From the NCBI GenBank assembly GCA_016186485.1, contig JACPLN010000001.1, positions 18,377-82,376 of the forward strand: a stretch of DNA of 64,000 bases. The letters run 5' to 3'. The stretch comes from Candidatus Nealsonbacteria bacterium. Its GTDB lineage: Bacteria; Patescibacteriota; Minisyncoccia; Minisyncoccales; UBA6532. The position numbers were made by a program, and so were the translations under genes. Position 1 is the stretch's first letter, and each line of letters starts with the position of its first letter. A model generated the notes under the pieces. It worked only from the letters and a program-made list of their open reading frames with translations. It did not search any database and was not told the DNA's origin. This document shows, piece after piece, positions 58,642 through 64,000 of this stretch.

Positions 58642-61600
58642 ATGCCAAAAAGAATGGAAAAAAAATCAGTGCCAAAGGACAGAGGCCGGCTGAAGCCCGA
58701 TCCGGCCTATGTTTCGCTGGCTGAACTAGCTAAAAACTCCCCCTACTCTCAGGAATACTTAAGCTTATTAGCAAGGCGAGGCAAATTACAGGCAAAAAAA
58801 TTTGGCAGGAATTGGTATGCCGCAAGGGAAGCTCTTGACGGATATTTAGCCCACCAGGGGCTAAATATTGTTTTACCAAAGCATCTTTTTAATGCTTCTT
58901 ACAAAGGGAAGATTACAAAACCATTTGACGCTCTTTCTTTTGAGGGACAAATTAGGAATGGAGAAGTAGAACCGAATGTAATTTTAACCCAATTCGGAGA
59001 TCCCCAAGAGCCGATAGACCTTGGGGGCACAAGAGAAAGGTGGGCAGAAAGAATAAAAGAAAAAGAACAGGTATCAGAACCAGTAAAGCCCGAAGAAAAA
59101 GCTAAAGAAGAGCTAAAATCCGAAGAAATACTCAAAATTGAACCCTATCGGATAAGGACAATGCGTAAAGATATAATGGCTTTAACTGGAGGGGGTGTGC
59201 CTAAAAAAGAATACAAGGCTCAAAAACCAGAAACAACTCCTAAGGTTGTTTCCAAAGAGCCTGTCCGCCCAGAGCAAATACCTCTTCCGATAGGGGGGGC
59301 GGCAAAGAAAATAATTCCAGAAAAAGAGGTTTTGGCCACAGAAAGAAAACAGGCTCCAGAAAAGGAAGAGACGATAAAAGAAATGCCCATAGAAGACAGG
59401 GTTTTGGATAAATTGCTTCAGGCCTTGGAAGCCAGGATTCCTCCCAGGGGGCCTTTTGAGAAATTAGCGCAGATTAATGGAGCGGCAAACCATTATTTCC
59501 GTTCCTCTTTCAAGGTTCTTGCCGTATCTGTTGTTGCTATTGTTGTAATGTTTCTTTTAATAGGAGGAGTGAGCTTTGGCAACGTTGATAAAATGATGCT
59601 CGCCGTCAACAGCTTTTTAAAGGACGCTACCACCCTTCGGGGGCATTTTGCCGGTACTCACGCAAACGAAGTTCTGCTTTTGGATAAAGAAGGCAAAATA
59701 TCAATTTACGGCCACGTTGAAACAAGGGGTCAGCTGCGCTCTTTTGTTGAACAGGGAGTGGCGCCCCTTGTCGTAGATTCCACCACGACTGTTGAAAATT
59801 TGAGCGCCGACTACCTTGATAATTTATCAAGCAAAGATTTTACCTTGGCCTTTGTAACAAAGAACGGAAATATCACCTATGAGGACGTAAAACTTGAGGG
59901 AAACGTAGAGGTGGGGAAAACTCTTGTCGTTAAGGGAGCGGCAAAACTTTTAGATAGCCTTTTTGTCTACGGCACCATAGGGACTTTCGGCGACATTATC
60001 GGAAAGGGAAACCTAACAATCGGCGGCGCGGCAAAGCTTGTTGGCCCTCTTTTGGCTCTTGGCGGCGTTGAAACCAAAGGCGCAAATCTTAATTTGGGTT
60101 CGGGCACAATTTCAACTACAAACAGAAATTTGGTGCAAAATCTCAACGCCGATATGGTGGATTCCATGAATGCCGATGACTTTACACTGGATTTCGTTAC
60201 CTCTAACGGAGCCAATACTTTCAACACTATTTCCGTTTCAGGAATTAATGTCAATAAACACTTGGCTGTATACGGAACCTTTCTATTGGGCGACGAAAGG
60301 CTGGTGGGCGCGGTGGACACGAAATATTGGGATATTAGCGCTACCGGCAACATTAACACCGAGGGGACATTAATCGTTAAGGGAAACTCTACCTTTAGGG
60401 GAGAACCCGGGGCAGCCATAGCTTCAGCCACCTCTTATATCAATCCTTCTTCAGCGCCCTCAAACACAATACTTTTAGGAGTGGCTGTTAACGGTTCAGA
60501 AAAGTTAAGGATAGACGCAGAGGGCGATCTTACTGCCCAGGGTTCAATAACCGCTTCCGGCGCCCTGACAGTCAGCGGGGCCACAACTTTTAACAGCGAC
60601 GTTACCCTGGCTTCTCCGGCAGATTTAATCCTTAACGCCGGCAGCTTAACAGTTAACGCCCTTTCGGCTCCTTCCGGCGTTTCGGCCCAAGCCACCACTA
60701 CCGGCTCTCTGGCTTCGGGCACGTATTATTACGTTGTGACCTCTCTCAACAGCAACGGCGAAACAAGCAGTTCTACCGAAGTTTCAGCGGCAGTAGACGG
60801 CTCCACCACTACGGCGGTAAATATTTCCTGGAGCTCGGTAACGAGCGCCACAAGCTATAGGGTTTACGGCAGAACGCAAGGAGCTCAAGACCGATACTGG
60901 CAAACCACCTCCGCATCTTTTAAAGATACGGGGACTGCGGGAACCGCGGCCGCGGTGCCGTCAAGCAACAGCACCGGAGGATCGGGAACTTTTTACAGCG
61001 GCCTTACGGTTTTGGGCACAACGATTTCCCGCAGCATTGTTCCCCAATCAGCCGCTTTTTACAACCTAGGTTCGCCCGGCCTCTGGTGGGACAATATATA
61101 TGTAAGCGCAATTTTAGCGACCTCAACAGTTTTCCTAGGAAACGCAACCACCACCAATATTTATCCTTCCGCAGATATTTCTTATTTTCTTGGGTCTCCC
61201 AGTTTTCGCTGGGCAAACACATATTCAGTCACCACTACTATCGGAGGCGCGGGAGGCGCAATAACAATAGACAATGACGATATCAGGGCTTCAAGCGGTC
61301 TGACTGTTTCTTCCACCGAAATTATGTTTTCTGCTTCTACGGGCAAGTTGTCAGCCACCTCCTCCCAAGATATTTATTTTGCGACAGCCGGCGCGGAAAG
61401 ATTTAGGATTGGATCCTCCGGCCAGGTTACCATTTCAGGGAACGTTGACGCTACTTCAGGTCTGGATGTGACAGGAGCCAAGCTCACTGCCACCACCACG
61501 GAAATCACCGCCACTGACGCAGCCAACGTTTTGACAATTACCCAAAGGGGTTTGGGAAGAATAGCTCTGGCAACTTCAACTTCTTCAATGACCTCCTCGG

Positions 61601-64000
61601 CTTTCCAGATTACCAACCTTGGATCCGGCAACTCATTTTTGGTTGAAGACGCAGACACAGATGCTTCGCCATTTGTCATTGACGCTTCAGGTAAAGTCGG
61701 CATTGCCTCTTCCACGCCCACAGCCGCCTTAGAGGTAGGAGGGAATATATATACCACAGGAGATATTACCCTTTCTGGGAATCTTTTGCCTTCCACTCCC
61801 AGAAATAAAGATATAGGTTCTGTTGCGGTTGACTGGCAGAATGTTTACGCCCAAAACGTTTATGCAGACAACATTTTGGCCACCACTTCCACTTTAGCCG
61901 GAACCCAGGGAGAAACCTGGACTATAAATACCGATGCTGCGTCCGACGCCACTTCAACCTTAAGGTTTTATCGGGGAACAGATGCTCCCCATGCTTTATT
62001 GGCTTGGGATGCGGGATATGATCGCTTCAGCTTTAACTTCCCATTCTTTGTAAATAACTCCGCCACCTCTACTTTTGCCGGTCCAATAGCCCAAAACTCT
62101 GGAAATATGACAATTGGGTCAGCTATAGGAAACCTCTTATTAAATCCTTATGGCGGTAACGTCGGCATCGGGACGACGACACCCTCTTCTCTGCTTGAGA
62201 TTTGGACGAGCACGGCCGGGATCAACCTTCTGGAAATCGGAACTTCCACGGCAAGCAATCTTTTCGTCGTCGATTCCTCCGGCCGTCTTGTTTTCGGCGG
62301 GGACACCAACCTCTACCGTTCCTCTGCCAACGTTCTCAAGACAGACGACGGATTTATCGCTTTCGCTTCCTCAACGATTGTTGGGGATTTCTCAGCTGGA
62401 GCTAGCGGAGTACCAACGCTTTTCGTTGACGACGGAGGCAACGTCGGCATCGCTTCTTCAACGCCGTCAGCAACCCTTTCCATACAGGGAAACGTAATCA
62501 GTTCAGGAAACTTCACTTTCTACGGTTCCGGAACAAACACATTCTCGGGCCAGATATACTTTATCCGGAGCATCCACCACCACAGGCAGAGCCTACTTCG
62601 GAGAATATATTGGCATAGGAGACAACTCTCCTGATTTTGCCTTGGAAATCGCAGCTTCAACAACCAATGGCTACTTCGCTGTTTCTGGTTATCCGGGAGG
62701 CGACGGAGACAAGTTTGTAATTAACGGTTCAGGCAACGTGGGCATTGCCTCAACCACTCCCTCCACCGCTCTATCGGTCCAGGGAAACATCTGGGGTTCG
62801 GGAGACGTCAGATTCTTTGGAACTTCTGCCACCACTACAATCAGCGGAGGCCTGATAGTCGGCACCAACACTCTCTGGGCTCCGGCAGGAGGCAACATTG
62901 GAATTGGAACCGCTGTTCCAACCTACACCTTAGATGTTTCAGGAACTGGCAGATACGCAACCTCTCTGAATGTGGCAGGAACTGCCACCACAACCGGAAC
63001 TTCGCTGGCTTTTGCAGGACTTGGCACTGTCAGCTCAACTGACAATCTCCTCTTAATGAGTAATCGGAATCTCTCAGTCACTTCCACCAACAACATCTTA
63101 TTCGGCACAGGCATTGCCGGAGCCGAACGTATGAGAATTGATTCTTCAGGCAACGTAGGCATAGGGACATTAGCCCCAGACAATCTGCTTGATATTTCTA
63201 AAGCAAACGGAGGGGCTTTGGCCGCCGACGTCTTCCTCACCATTACCCAGGCTTCAACAACCGCAGCAGCCGACCCTTATCTTGTTTTTGAAATAGGTGA
63301 AGACGCTGCGACCAGAGGCTGGAGGCTGGGAATAGACGACTCCGATTCAGACAGCTTTAAGATAGGAACAGGAGCTTTCAGCTCCAATGATATCTTAACC
63401 CTAGACACTTCAGGCAGGCTGGGTCTTGCAACCTCCACCCCCGTTTCTTTGTTATCCGTTCACGCTTCAACAACCGATTTTGCTATGACCTTGCGTCAAG
63501 CCAATGAAGCCACTTCCGGAGGACTGTTACATATATACAAGCCGGGAACAGATATACTTACGATCTTAAACAATGGCAACGTGGGAATTGCTAGTTCAAC
63601 ACCCGGCGCTGTTTTATCGGTGGGAGGGGACGTTCTTATTGGAAGCGGTTCCACAATATATGCTAAAAACCTGAGACCCGTGGCTGACAACGCAGGCAGC
63701 TTGGGTTCTTCCAGTTTGCGTTATCAGTCTGTTGAACTTGATACGGTTACCGGTTTAAGGCTTTGGAATTCTGCGGGAGACGCCAACGCCTTGGCTCAAC
63801 TGACAGGAACTAGCCTGAACTTTGGAGCAGGCGGAGGCACGGCCCTAGACACCAACCTCTACCGCTCCTCTGCCAACGTTCTCAAGACCGACGACGGATT
63901 TATCGCTTTCGCTTCCTCAACGATTGTTGGAGATTTCTCAGCTGGAGCTAGCGGAGTCCCCACGCTTTTCGTTGACGACGGAGGCAACGTCGGCATCGCT
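58642..64000 (+). CDS. giant membrane-anchored surface protein with tail-fibre-like repeats; frame changes by +1 near 62560 and the gene runs off the window
   Basis: ORF 58642..62634 (1330 aa): N-terminal HTH-like domain, Lys/Glu/Pro-rich linker, TM (VLAVSVVAIVVMFLLIGGVSF), then repeats GNVGIASSTPxxxL. Frame +1 is open from 62498 to the window end and carries the same repeats. Confidence 0.75.
62302..62454 (+). repeat. 153-nt intragenic direct repeat, copy 1
   Basis: 5 mismatches to 63848-64000. Confidence 0.9.
63848..64000 (+). repeat. 153-nt intragenic direct repeat, copy 2 (truncated by the window end)
   Basis: offset 1546 nt from copy 1. Confidence 0.9.

Noticed and set aside
62302-64000. 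Near-identical 153-nt repeats in a surface-protein gene as a DGR template/variable repeat pair
   Set aside because: All 5 differences are synonymous third-position changes rather than adenine-specific nonsynonymous changes. No reverse transcriptase ORF is present in the window.

Overview
This 64-kb window comes from a streamlined, moderately AT-rich bacterial genome using the standard code. The gene content suggests a Candidate Phyla Radiation / Patescibacteria (Parcubacteria-like) organism. That is my inference from an archaeal-type class V FBP aldolase/phosphatase, a membrane pyrophosphatase, a complete type IV pilus locus next to comF/dprA/comM, giant membrane-anchored surface proteins and many orphan small ORFs. 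All family calls rest on motif recognition by eye; no searches were run.

Core content: an rpsO-NYN-pnp-GH3 operon, cca, nusA, hppA, tig, clpP, rny, hup, a histidine kinase/receiver pair, fbp, htrA, ligA, ftsW and 12 tRNA genes.

Accessory content worth a second look:
1. A REP-associated tyrosine transposase (RAYT, IS200/IS605-like Y1 fold) is bracketed by a 33-34 nt palindromic REP. Nine copies lie in the window, one read through in frame inside comF.
2. An element of about 3.9 kb is integrated at tRNA-His. It carries a large serine recombinase overlapping the tRNA 3' end, a winged-helix Rep-like gene next to a repeat-rich ori-like segment, two tandem terminase-small-subunit-like HTH genes and an attenuator-like leader. 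A possible structured RNA with twin GNRA hairpins lies beside it.
3. An array of four self-contained orphan-gene cassettes sits at 35.9-38.3 kb, each built as REP/box module, near-consensus promoter, ORF and terminator. It shares a CAAAACAGGTTCTAAC box with a second small-ORF islet at 21.2-22.3 kb.
4. There are two giant surface proteins. One is a 1333-aa secreted protein with an embedded trypsin/HtrA-type protease. The other is over 1780 aa, has tail-fibre-like repeats and is anchored by an excisionase-like HTH plus a TM module.
5. Three reading-frame disruptions occur at short homopolymers (HNH gene, a ~370-aa membrane protein gene, the giant protein gene). Each could be a real pseudogene, recoding or an assembly error.
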